Assembly (NCBI RefSeq): GCF_009914755.1
Contig: NC_060925.1
Length of the DNA: 64,000 bases
Strand: one strand, 5' to 3'
DNA from: the human T2T-CHM13v2.0 reference genome, Homo sapiens
The notes beneath the pieces are model-generated. The model was given only the letters and a program-made list of their open reading frames with translations. It made no database searches and was not told the DNA's origin. Position numbers and translations under genes: made by a program. Of this stretch, positions 14,267 to 28,700 are shown in pieces. Numbering within the stretch: position 1 is the first letter of the stretch; each line of letters starts with the position of its first letter.

Positions 14267-16882
14267 ATGGAATCGTCATCGAATGAATTGACTGCAATCA
14301 TCCAATGGTCTCGAATGGAATCATCTTCAAATGGAATGGAATGGAATCATCGCATAGAATCGAATGGAATTATCATCGAATGGAATCGAATGGAATCAAC
14401 ATCCAACGGAAAAAAACGGAATTATCGAATGGAATCGAAGAGAATCATCGAATGGACCCGAATGGAATCATCTAATGGAATGGAATGGAATAATCCATGG
14501 ACTCGAATGCAATCATCATCGAATGGAATCGAATGGAATCATCGAATGGACTCGAATGGAATAATCATTGAACGGAATCGAATGGAATCATCATCGGATG
14601 GAAATGAATGGAATCATCATCGAATGGAATCGAATAGAATTATGGAATGAAATCCAGTGTGATCATCATCGAATGGACCCGAATGGAATCATCATCCAAC
14701 GGAAGCTAATGGAATCAACATCGAATGAATCGAATGGAAACACCATCGAATTGAAACGAATGGAATTATCATGAAATTGAAATGGATGGACTCATCATCG
14801 AATGGATTCGAATGGAATCATCGAATAAAATTGATTGAAATCATCATCGAATGGAATCGAATGGTATCATTGAATGGAATCGAATGGAATCATCATCAGA
14901 TGGAAATGAATGGAATCGTCATAGAATGGAATCGAATGGATTCATTGAATGGAATCAGATGGAATCATCGAATGGACTGGAATGGAATCATTGAATGGAC
15001 TCGAAAGGGATCATGATTGAATGGAATTGAATGGAATCATCGAATGGTCTCGATTGGAATCATTATCAAATGGAATCGAATGGAATCACCGAATAGAATC
15101 GAATGGAACAATCATCGAATGGACTCAAATGGAATTATCCTCAAATGGAATCGAATGGAATTATCGAATGCAATCGAATGGAATTATCGAATGCAATCGA
15201 ATAGAATCATCGAATGGACTCGAATGGAATCATCGAATGGAATGGAATGGAACAGTCAATGAACTCGAATGGAATCATCATTGAATGGAATCGAATGGAA
15301 TCATCGAGTGGAATCGAATGGAATCATGATCAAATGGAATCGAATGTAATCATCATCAAATGGAATCAAAAATAACCATCATCAATTGGTATTGAATGGA
15401 ATTGTCATCAAATGGAATTCAAAGGAATCATCATCAAATGGAACCGAATGGAATCCTCATTGAATGGAAATGAAAGGGGTCATCATCTAATGGAATCGCA
15501 TGGAATCATCATCAAATGGAATCGAATGGAATCATCATCAAATGGAATCTAATGGAATCATTGAACAGAATTGAATGGAATCGTCATCGAATGAATTGAA
15601 TGCAATCATCGAATGGTCTCGAATGGAATCATCTTCTAATGGAAAGGAATGGAATCATCGCATAGAATAGAATGGAATTATCATCGAATGGAATCGAATG
15701 GTATCAACACCAAACGGAAAAAAACGGAATTATCGAATGGAATCGAAGAGAATCTTCGAACGGACCCGAATGGAATCATCTAATGGAATGGAATGGAATA
15801 ATCCATGGACTCGAATGCAATCATCATCGAATGGAATCGAATGGAATCATCGAATGGACTCGAATGGAATAATCATTGAACGGAATCGAATGGAATCATC
15901 ATCGGATGGAAATGAATGGAATCATCATCGAATGGAATCGAATAGAATTATGGAATGAAATCCAGTGTGATCATCATCGAATGGACCCGAATGGAATCAT
16001 CATCCAACGGAAGCTAATGGAATCAACATCGAATGAATCAAATGGAAACACCATCGAATTGAAACGAATGGAATTATCATGAAATTGAAATGGATGGACT
16101 CATCATCGAATGGATTCGAATGAAATCATCGAATAAAATTGATTGAAATCATCATCCAATGGAATCGAATGGTATCATTGAATGGAATCGAATGGAATCA
16201 TCATCAGATGGAAATGAATGGAATCGTCATAGAATGGAATCGAATGGATTCATTGAATGGAATCAGATGGAATCATCGAATGGACTGGAATGGAATCATT
16301 GAATGGACTCGAAAGGGATCATGATTGAATGGAATTGAATGGAATCATCGAATGGTCTCGATTGGAATCATTATCAAATGGAATCGAATGGAATCACCGA
16401 ATAGAATCGAATGGAACAATCATCGAATGGACTCAAATGGAATTATCCTCAAATGGAATCGAATGGAATTATCGAATGCAATCGAATGGAATTATCGAAT
16501 GCAATCGAATAGAATCACCGAATGGACTCGAATGGAATCATCGAATGGAATGGAATGGAACAGTCAATGAACTCGAATGGAATCATCATTGAATGGAATC
16601 GAATGGAATCATCGAGTGGAATCGAACGGAATTATGATCAAATGCAATCGAATGTAATCCTCATCAAATGGAATCAAAAATAACCATCATCAATTGGTAT
16701 TGAATGGAATTGTCATCAAATGGAATTCAAAGGAATCATCATCAAATGGAACCGAATGGAATCCTCATTGAATGGAAATGAAAGGGGTCATCATCTAATG
16801 GAATCGCATGGAATCATCATCAAATGGAATCGAATGGAATCATCATCAAATGGAATCTAATGGAATCATTGAACAGAATTGA
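14267..16882 (+). repeat. Two adjacent 1308-bp variant units with different A/B junctions
   Basis: Starts at 14267, 15575 and 16883. The first module is B-type (GACTGCA, TTCAAATGGAATGG); the second is A-type (TTCTAATGGAAAGG, CTTCGAACGG). Confidence 0.9.
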
Positions 16883-19800
16883 ATGGAATCGTCATCGAAT
16901 GAATTGAATGCAATCATCGAATGGTCTCGAATGGAATCATCTTCTAATGGAAAGGAATGGAATCATTGCATGGAATCGAATGGAATTATCATCGAATGGA
17001 ATCGAATGGTATCAACACCAAACGGAAAAAAACGGAATTATCGAATGGAATCGAAGAGAATCTTCGAACGGACCCGAATGGAATCATCTAATGGAATGGA
17101 ATGGAATAATCCATGGACTCGAATGCAATCATCATTGAATGGAATCGAATGGAATCATCGAATGGACTCGAATGGAATAATCATTGAACGGAATCGAATG
17201 GAATCATCATCGGATGGAAACGAATGGAATCATCATCGAATGGAAATGAAAGGAGTCATCATCTAATGGAATTGCATGGAATCATCATAAAATGGAATCG
17301 AATGGAATCAACATCAAATGGAATCAAATGGAATCATTGAACGGAATTGAATGGAATCGTCATCGAATGAATTGACTGCAATCATCCAATGGTCTCGAAT
17401 GGAATCATCTTCAAATGGAATGGAATGGAATCATCGCATAGAATCGAATGGAATTATCATCGAATGGAATCGAATGGAATCAACATCCAACGGAAAAAAA
17501 CGGAATTATCGAATGGAATCGAAGAGAATCATCGAATGGACCCGAATGGAATCATCTAATGGAATGGAATGGAATAATCCATGGACTCGAATGCAATCAT
17601 CATCGAATGGAATCGAATGGAATCATCAAATGGACTCGAATGGAATAATCATTGAACGGAATCGAATGGAATCATCATCGGATGGAAATGAATGGAATCA
17701 TCATCGAATGGAATCGAATAGAATTATGGAATGAAATCCAGTGTGATCATCATCGAATGGACCCGAATGGAATCATCATCCAACGGAAGCTAATGGAATC
17801 AACATCGAATGAATCGAATGGAAACACCATCGAATTGAAACGAATGGAATTATCATGAAATTGAAATGGATGGACTCATCATCGAATGGATTCGAATGGA
17901 ATCATCGAATAAAATTGATTGAAATCATCATCGAATGGAATCGAATGGTATCATTGAATGGAATCGAATGGAATCATCATCAGATGGAAATGAATGGAAT
18001 CGTCATAGAATGGAATCGAATGGATTCATTGAATGGAATCAGATGGAATCATCGAATGGACTGGAATGGAATCATTGAATGGACTCGAAAGGGATCATGA
18101 TTGAATGGAATTGAATGGAATCATCGAATGGTCTCGATTGGAATCATTATCAAATGGAATCGAATGGAATCACCGAATAGAATCGAATGGAACAATCATC
18201 GAATGGACTCAAATGGAATTATCCTCCAATGGAATCGAATGGAATTATCGAATGCAATCGAATGGAATTATCGAATGCAATCGAATAGAATCATCGAATG
18301 GACTCGAATGGAATCATCGAATGGAATGGATTGGAACAGTCAATGAACTCGAATGGAATCATCATTGAATGGAATCGAATGGAATCATCGAGTGGAATCG
18401 AATGGAATTATGATCAAATGGAATCGAATGTAATCATCATCAAATGGAATCAAAAATAACCATCATCAATTGGTATTGAATGGAATTGTCATCAAATGGA
18501 ATTCAAAGGAATCATCATCAAATGGAACCGAATGGAATCCTCATTGAATGGAAATGAAAGGGGTCATCATCTAATGGAATCGCATGGAATCATCATCAAA
18601 TGGAATCGAATGGAATCATCATCAAATGGAATCTAATGGAATCATTGAACAGAATTGAATGGAATCGTCATCGAATGAATTGAATGCAATCATCGAATGG
18701 TCTCGAATGGAATCATCTTCTAATGGAAAGGAATGGAATCATCGCATAGAATCGAATGGAATTATCATCTAATGGAATCGAATGGTATCAACACCAAACG
18801 GAAAAAAACGGAATTATCGAATGGAATCGAAGAGAATCTTCGAACGGACCCGAATGGAATCATCTAATGGAATGGAATGGAATAATCCATGGACTCGAAT
18901 GCAATCATCATCGAATGGAATCGAATGGAATCATCGAATGGACTCGAATGGAATAATCATTGAACGGAATCGATTGGAATCATCATCGGATGGAAACGAA
19001 TGGAATCATCATCGAATGGAAATGAAAGGAGTCATCATCTAATGGAATTGCATGGAATCATCATAAAATGGAATCGAATGGAATCAACATCAAATGGAAT
19101 CAAATGGAATCATTGAACGGAATTGAATGGAATCGTCATCGAATGAATTGACTGCAATCATCCAATGGTCTCGAATGGAATCATCTTCAAATGGAATGGA
19201 ATGGAATCATCGCATAGAATCGAATGGAATTATCATCGAATGGAATCGAATGGAATCAACATCAAACGGAAAAAAACGGAATTATCGAATGGAATCGAAG
19301 AGAATCATCGAATGGACCCGAATGGAATCATCTAATGGAATGGAATGGAATAATCCATGGACTCGAATGCAATCATCATCGAATGGAATCAAATGGAATC
19401 ATCGAATGGACTCGAATGGAATAATCATTGAACGGAATAGAATGGAATCATCATCGGATGGAAATGAATGGAATCATCATCGAATGGAATCGAATAGAAT
19501 TATGGAATGAAATCCAGTGTGATCATCATCGAATGGACCCGAATGGAATCATCATCCAACGGAAGCTAATGGAATCAACATCGAATGAATCAAATGGAAA
19601 CACCATCGAATTGAAACGAATGGAATTATCATGAAATTGAAATGGATGGACTCATCATCGAATGAATTCGAATGGAATCATCGAATAAAATTGATTGAAA
19701 TCATCATCCAATGGAATCGAATGGTATCATTGAATGGAATCGAATGGAATCATCATCAGATGGAAATGAATGGAATCGTCATAGAATGGAATCGAATGGA

Positions 19801-20434
19801 TTCATTGAATGGAATCAGATGGAATCATCGAATGGACTGGAATGGAATCATTGAATGGACTCGAAAGGGATCATGATTGAATGGAATTGAATGGAATCAT
19901 CGAATGGTCTCGATTGGAATCATTATCAAATGGAATCGAATGGAATCACCGAATAGAATCGAATGGAACAATCATCGAATGGACTCAAATGGAATTATCC
20001 TCAAATGGAATCGAATGGAATTATCGAATGCAATCGAATGGAATTATCGAATGCAATCGAATAGAATCATCGAATGGACTCGAATGGAATCATCGAATGG
20101 AATGGAATGGAACAGTCAATGAACTCGAATGGAATCATCATTGAATGGAATCGAATGGAATCATCGAGTGGAATCGAATGGAATTATGATCAAATGGAAT
20201 CGAATGTAATCATCATCAAATGGAATCAAAAATAACCATCATCAATTGGTATTGAATGGAATTGTCATCAAATGGAATTCAAAGGAATCATCATCAAATG
20301 GAACCGAATGGAATCCTCATTGAATGGAAATGAAAGGGGTCATCATCTAATGGAATCGCATGGAATCATAATCAAATGGAATCGAATGGAATCATCATCA
20401 AATGGAATCTAATGGAATCATTGAACAGAATTGA

Positions 20435-21497
20435 ATGGAATCGTCATCGAATGAATTGAATGCAATCATCGAATGGTCTCGAATGGAATCATCTTCTAAT
20501 GGAAAGGAATGGAATCATCGCATAGAATCGAATGGAATTATCATCGAATGGAATCGAATGGTATCAACACCAAACGGAAAAAAACGGAATTATCGAATGG
20601 AATCGAAGAGAATCTTCGAACGGACCCGAATGGAATCATCTAATGGAATGGAATGGAATAATCCATGGACTCGAATGCAATCATCATCGAATGGAATCGA
20701 ATGGAATCATCGAATGGACTCGAATGGAATAATCATTGAACGGAATCGAATGGAATCATCATCGGATGGAAACGAATGGAATCATCATCGAATGGAAATG
20801 AAAGGAGTCATCATCTAATGGAGTTGCATGGAATCATCATAAAATGGAATCGAATGTAATCAACATCAAATGGAATCAAATGTAATCATTGAACGGAATT
20901 GAATGGAATCGTCATCGAATGAATTGACTGCAATCATCGAATGGTCTCGAATGGAATCATCTTCAAATGGAATGGAATGGAATCATCGCATAGAATCGAA
21001 TGGAATTATCATCGAATGGAATCGAATGGAATCAACATCAAACGGAATAAAACGGAATTATCGAATGGAATCGAAGAGAATCATCGAATGGACCCGAATG
21101 GAATCATCTAATGGAATGGAATGGAATAATCCATGGACTCGAATGCAATCATCATCGAATGGAATCGAATGGAATCATCGAATGAACTCGAATGGAATCA
21201 TCATTGAATGGAATCGAATGGAATCATCGAGTGGAATCGAATGGAATTATGATCAAATGGAATCGAATGTAATCATCATCAAATGGAATCAAAAATAACC
21301 ATCTTCAATTGGTATTGAATGGAATTGTCATCAAATGGAATTCAAAGGAATCATCATCAAATGGAACCGAATGGAATCCTCATTGAATGGAAATGAAAGG
21401 GGTCATCATCTAATGGAATCGCATGGAATCATCATCAAATGGAATCGAATGGAATCATCATCAAATGGAATCTAATGGAATCATTGAACAGAATTGA
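20435..21497 (+). repeat. 1063-bp variant unit (713-bp deletion)
   Basis: Module B joins at about 21181 (CATCG|AATG|AACTCG) to sequence that normally follows AACAGTC. The CCAGTGTG-to-AACAGTC segment is absent. Confidence 0.92.
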
Positions 21498-23273
21498 ATG
21501 GAATCGTCATCGAATGAATTGAATGCAATCATCGAATGGTCTCTTATGGAATCATCTTCTAATGGAAAGGAATGGAATCATCGCATAGAATCGAATGGAA
21601 TTATCATCGAATGGAATCGAATGGTATCAACACCAAACGGAAAAAAACGGAATTATCGAATGGAATCGAAGAGAATCTTCGAACGGACCCGAATGGAATC
21701 ATCTAATGGAATGGAATGGAATAATCCATGGACTCGAATGCAATCATCATCGAATGGAATCGAATGGAATCATCGAATGGACTCGAATGGAATAATCATT
21801 GAACGGAATCGAATGGAATCATCATCGGATGGAAACGAATGGAATCATCATCGAATGGAAATGAAAGGAGTCATCATCTAATGGAATTGCATGGAATCAT
21901 CATAAAATGGAATCGAATGGAATCAACATCAAATGGAATCAAATGGAATCATTGAACGGAATTGAATGGAATCGTCATCGAATGAATTGACTGCAATCAT
22001 CGAATGGTCTCGAATGGAATCATCTTCAAATGGAATGGAATGGAATCATCGCATAGAATCGAATGGAATTATCATCGAATGGAATCGAATGGAATCAACA
22101 CCAAACGGAAAAAAACGGAATTATCGAATGGAATCGAAGAGAATCATCGAATGGACCCGAATGGAATCATCTAATGGAATGGAATGGAATAATCCATGGA
22201 CTCGAATGCAATCATCATCGAATGGAATCGAATGGAATCATCGAATGGACTCGAATGGAATAATCATTGAACGGAATCGAATGGATTCATCATCGGATGG
22301 AAATGAATGGAATCATCATCGAATGGAATCGAATAGAATTATGGAATGAAATCCAGTGTGATCATCATCGAATGAACCCGAATGGAATCATCATCCAACG
22401 GAAGCTAATGGAATCAACATCGAATGAATCGAATGGAAACACCATCGAATTGAAACGAATGGAATTATCTTGAAATTGAAATGGATGGACTCATCATCGA
22501 ATGGATTCGAATGGAATCATCGAATAAAATTGATTGAAATCATCATCCAATGGAATCGAATGGTATCATTGAATGGAATCGAATGGAATCATCATCAGAT
22601 GGAAATGAATGGAATCGTCATAGAATGGAATCGAATAGATTCATTGAATGGAATCAGATGGAATCATCGAATGGACTGGAATGGAATCATTGAATGGACT
22701 CGAAAGGGAGCATGATTGAATGGAATTGAATGGAATCATCGAATGGTCTGGATTGGAATCATTATCAAATGGAATCGAATGGAATCACCGAATAGAATCG
22801 AATGGAACAATCATCGAATGGACTCAAATGGAATTATGCTCAAATGGAATCGAATGGAATTATCGAATGCAATCGAATGGAATTATCGAATGCAATCGAA
22901 TAGAATCATCGAATGGACTCGAATGGAATCATCGAATGGAATGGAATGGAACAGTCAATGAACTCGAATGGAATCATCATTGAATGGAATCGAATGGAAT
23001 CATCGAGTGGAATCGAATGGAATTATGATCAAATGGAATCGAATATAATCATCATCAAATGGAATCAAAAATAACCATCATCAATTGGTATTGAATGGAA
23101 TTCTCATCAAATGGAATTCAAAGGAATCATCATCAAATGGAACTGAATGGAATCCTCATTGAATGGAAATGAAAGGGGTCATCATCTAATGGAATCGCAG
23201 GGAATCATCATCAAATGGAATCGAATGGAATCATCATCAAATGGAATCTGATGGAATCATTGAACAGAATTGA

Positions 23274-24728
23274 ATGGAATCGTCATCGAATGAATTGAAT
23301 GCAATCATCGAATGGTCTCGAATGTAATCACATTCTAATGGAAAGGAATGGAATCATCGCATAGAATCGAATGGAATTAACATTGAATGGACTCGAATGG
23401 AATCAACATCAAACGGAATCAAGCGGAATTATCGAATGGAATCGAAGAGAATCATCGAATGGTCTCGAATGGAATCATCTTCTAATGGAAAGGAATGGAA
23501 TCATCGCATAGAATCGAATGGAATTAACATTGAATGGACTCGAATGGAATCAACATCAAATGGAATCAAGCGGAATTATCGAATGAAATTGAAGAGAATC
23601 ATCGAATGGACTCGAATGGAATCATCTAATGGAATGGAATGGAATAATCCACGGACTCGAATGCAATCATCATCGTATAAAATCGAATGGAATCATCGAA
23701 TGGACTCGAATGGAATAATCATTGAACGGAATCGAATGGAATCATCATCGGATGGAAATGAATGGAATCATCATCGAATGGAATCCAATAGAATTATGGA
23801 ATGAAATCCAGTGTGATCATCATCGAATGGACCCGAATGGAATCATCATCCAACGGAAGCTAATGGAATCAACATCGAATGAATCAAATGGAAACATCAT
23901 CGAATTGAAACGAATGGAATTATCATGAAATTGAAATGGATGGACTCATCATCGAATGGATTCGAATGGAATCATCGAATAAAATTGATTGAAATCATCA
24001 TCGAATGGAATCGAATGGTATCATTGAATGGAATCGAATGGAATCATCATCAGATGGAAATGAATGGAATCGTCATAGAATGGAATCGAATGGATTCATT
24101 GAATGGAATCAGATGGAATCATCGAATGGACTGGAATGGAATCATTGAATGGACTCGAAAGGGAGCATGATTGAATGGAATTGAATGGAATCATCGAATG
24201 GTCTCGATTGGAATCATTATCAAATGGAATCGAATGGAATCACCGAATAGAATCGAATGGAACAATCATCGAATGGACTCAAATGGAATTATCCTCAAAT
24301 GGAATCGAATGGAATTATCGAATGCAATCGAATGGAATTATCGAATGCAATCGAATAGAATCATCGAATGGACTCGAATGGAATCATCGAATGGAATGGA
24401 ATGGAACAGTCAATGAACTCGAATGGAATCATCATTGAATGGAATCGAATGGAATCATCGAGTGGAATCGAATGGAATTATGATCAAATGGAATCGAATG
24501 TAATCAACATCAAATGGAATCAAAAATAACCATCATCAATTGGTATTGAATGGAATTGTCATCAAATGGAATTCAAAGGAATCATCATCAAATGGAACCG
24601 AATGGAATCCTCATTGAATGGAAATGAAAGGGGTCATCATCTAATGGAATCGCATGGAATCATCATCAAATGGAATCGAATGGAATCATCATCAAATGGA
24701 ATCTAATGGAATCATTGAACAGAATTGA
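23274..24728 (+). repeat. 1455-bp variant unit: a single divergent module with a 147-bp internal duplication
   Basis: GAATGGTCTCG occurs at 23310 and 23457 (147-bp offset); 1308+147=1455. Confidence 0.88.
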
Positions 24729-25791
24729 ATGGAATCGTCATCGAATGAATTGAATGCAATCATCGAATGGTCTCGAATGGAATCATCTTCTAATGGAAAG
24801 GAATGGAATCATCGCATAGAATCGAATGGAATTATCATCGAATGGAATCGAATGGTATCAACACCAAACGGAAAAACACGGAATTAGCGAATGGAATCGA
24901 AGAGAATCTTCGAACGGACCCGAATGGAATCATCTAATGGAATGGAATGGAATAATCCATGGACTCGAATGCAATCATCATCGAATGGAATCGAATGGAA
25001 TCATCGAATGGACTCGAATGGAATAATCATTGAACGGAATCGAATGGAATCATCATCGGATGGAAACGAATGGAATCATCATCGAATGGAAATGAAAGGA
25101 GTCATCATCTAATGGAATTGCATGGAATCATCATAAAATGGAATCGAATGGAATCAACATCAAATGGAATCAAATGGAATCATTGAACGGAATTGAATGG
25201 AATCGTCATCGAATGAATTGACTGCAATCATCGAATGGTCTCGAATGGAATCATCTTCAAATGGAATGGAATGGAATCATCGCATAGAATCGAATGGAAT
25301 TATCATCGAATGGAATCGAATGGAATCAACATCAAACGGAAAAAAACGGAATTATCGAATGGAATCGAAGAGAATCATCGAATGGACCCGAATGGAATCA
25401 TCTAATGGAATGGAATGGAATAATCCATGGACTCGAATGCAATCATCATCGAATGGAATCGAATGGAATCATCGAATGAACTCGAATGGAATCATCATTG
25501 AATGGAATCGAATGGAATCATCGAGTGGAATCGAATGGAATTATGATCAAATGGAATCGAATGTAATCATCATCAAATGGAATCAAAAATAACCATCTTC
25601 AATTGGTATTGAATGGAATTGTCATCAAATGGAATTCAAAGGAATCATCATCAAATGGAACCGAATGGAATCCTCATTGAATGGAAATGAAAGGGGTCAT
25701 CATCTAATGGAATCGCATGGAATCATCATCAAATGGAATCGAATAGAATCATCATCAAATGGAATCTAATGGAATCATTGAACAGAATTGA
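24729..25791 (+). repeat. 1063-bp variant unit (same 713-bp deletion)
   Basis: Same junction at about 25475. It shares the ACCATCTTC variant with the 20435 unit. Confidence 0.92.
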
Positions 25792-28700
25792 ATGGAATCG
25801 TCATCGAATGAATTGAATGCAATCATCGAATGGTCTCGAATGGAATCATCTTCTAATGGAAAGGAATGGAATCATCGCATAGAATCGAATGGAATTATCA
25901 TCGAATGGAATCGAATGGTATCAACACCAAACGGAAAAAAACGGAATTATCGAATGGAATCGAAGAGAATCTTCGAACGGACCCGAATGGAATCATCTAA
26001 TGGAATGGAATGGAATAATCCATGGACTCGAATGCAATCATCATCGAATGGAATCGTGTGGAATCATCGAATGGACTCGAATGGAATAATCATTGAACGG
26101 AATCGAATGGAATCATCATCGGATGGAAACGAATGGAATCATCATCGAATGGAAATGAAAGGAGTCATCATCTAATGGAATTGCATGGAATCATCATAAA
26201 ATGGAATCGAATGGAATCAACATCAAATGGAATCAAATGGAATCATTGAACGGAATTGAATGGAATCGTCATCGAATGAATTGACTGCAATCATCGAATG
26301 GTCTCGAATGGAATCATCTTCAAATGGAATGGAATGGAATCATCGCATAGAATCGAATGGAATTATCATCGAATGGAATCGAATGGAATCAACATCAAAC
26401 GGAAAAAAACGGAATTATCGAATGGAATCGAAGAGAATCATCGAATGGACCCGAATGGAATCATCTAATGGAATGGAATGGAATAATCCATGGACTCGAA
26501 TGCAATCATCATCGAATGGAATCGAATGGAATCATCGAATGGACTCGAATGGAATAATCATTGAACGGAAACGAATGGAATCATCATCGGATGGAAATGA
26601 ATGGAATCATCATGGAATGGAATCGAATAGAATTATGGAATGAAATCCAGTGTGATCATCATCGAATGGACCCGAATGGAATCATCATCCAACGGAAGCT
26701 AATGGAATCAACATCGAATGAATCGAATGGAAACACCATCGAATTGAAACGAATGGAATTATCATGAAATTGAAATGGATGGACTCATCATCGAATGGAT
26801 TCGAATGGAATCATCGAATAAAATTGATTGAAATCATCATCCAATGGAATCGAATGGTATCATTGAATGGAATCGAATGGAATCATCATCAGATGGAAAT
26901 GAATGGAATCGTCATAGAATGGAATCGAATGGATTCATTGAATGGAATCAGATGGAATCATCGAATGGACTGGAATGGAATCATTGAATGGACTCGAAAG
27001 GGATCATGATTGAATGGAATTGAATGGAATCATCGAATGGTCTGGATTGGAATCATTATCAAATGGAATCGAATGGAATCACCGAATAGAATCGAATGGA
27101 ACAATCATCGAATGGACTCAAATGGAATTATCCTCAAATGGAATCGAATGGAATTATCGAATGCAATCGAATGGAATTATCGAATGCAATCGAATAGAAT
27201 CATCGAATGGACTCGAATGGAATCATCGAATGGAATAGAATGGAACAGTCAATGAACTCGAATGGAATCATCATTGAATGGAATCGAATGGAATCATCGA
27301 GTGGAATCGAATGGAATTATGATCAAATGGAATCGAATGTAATCATCATCAAATGGAATCAAAAATAACCATCATCAATTGGTATTGAATGGAATTGTCA
27401 TCAAATGGAATTCAAAGGAATCATCATCAAATGGAACCGAATGGAATCCTCATTGAATGGAAATGAAAGGGGTCATCATCTAATGGAATCGCATGGAATC
27501 ATCATCAAATGGAATCGAATGGAATCATCATCAAATGGAATCTAATGGAATCATTGAACAGAATTGAATGGAATGGTCATCGAATGAATTGAATGCAATC
27601 ATCGAATGGTCTCGAATGGAATCATCTTCTAATGGAAAGGAATGGAATCATCGCATAGAATCGAATGGAATTATCATCGAATGGAATCGAATGGTATCAA
27701 CACCAAACGGAAAAAAACGGAATTATCGAATGGAATCGAAGAGAATCTTCGAACGGACCCGAATGGAATCATCTAATGGAATGGAATGGAATAATCCATG
27801 GACTCGAATGCAATCATCATCGAATGGAATCGAATGGAATCATCGAATGGACTCGAATGGAATAATCATTGAACGGAATCGAATGGAATCATCATCGGAT
27901 GGAAACGAATGGAATCATCATCGAATGGAAATGAAAGGAGTCATCATCTAATGGAATTGCATGGAATCATCATAAAATGGAATCGAATGGAATCAACATC
28001 AAATGGAATCAAATGGAATCATTGAACGGAATTGAATGGAATCGTCATCGAATGAATTGACTGCAATCATCCAATGGTCTCGAATGGAATCATCTTCAAA
28101 TGGAATGGAATGGAATCATCGCATAGAATCGAATGGAATTATCATCGAATGGAATCGAATGGAATCAACATCAAACGGAAAAAAACGGAATTATCGAATG
28201 GAATCGAAGAGAATCATCGAATGGACCCGAATGGAATCATCTAATGGAATGGAATGGAATAATCCATGGACTCGAATGCAATCATCATCGAATGGAATCG
28301 AATGGAATCATCGAATGGACTCGAATGGAATAATCATTGAACGGAAACGAATGGAATCATCATCGGATGGAAATGAATGGAATCATCATGGAATGGAATC
28401 GAATAGAATTATGGAATGAAATCCAGTGTGATCATCATCGAATGGACCCGAATGGAATCATCATCCAACGGAAGCTAATGGAATCAACATCGAATGAATC
28501 GAATGGAAACACCATCGAATTGAAACGAATGGAATTATCATGAAATTGAAATGGATGGACTCATCATCGAATGGATTCGAATGGAATCATCGAATAAAAT
28601 TGATTGAAATCATCATCGAATGGAATCGAATGGTATCATTGAATGGAATCGAATGGAATCATCATCAGATGGAAATGAATGGAATCGTCATAGAATGGAA

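Noticed and set aside
19664-19669. Extra EcoRI sites (19664, 36700, 47134)
   Set aside because: These are single-base variants. They are useful as markers but carry no functional implication.
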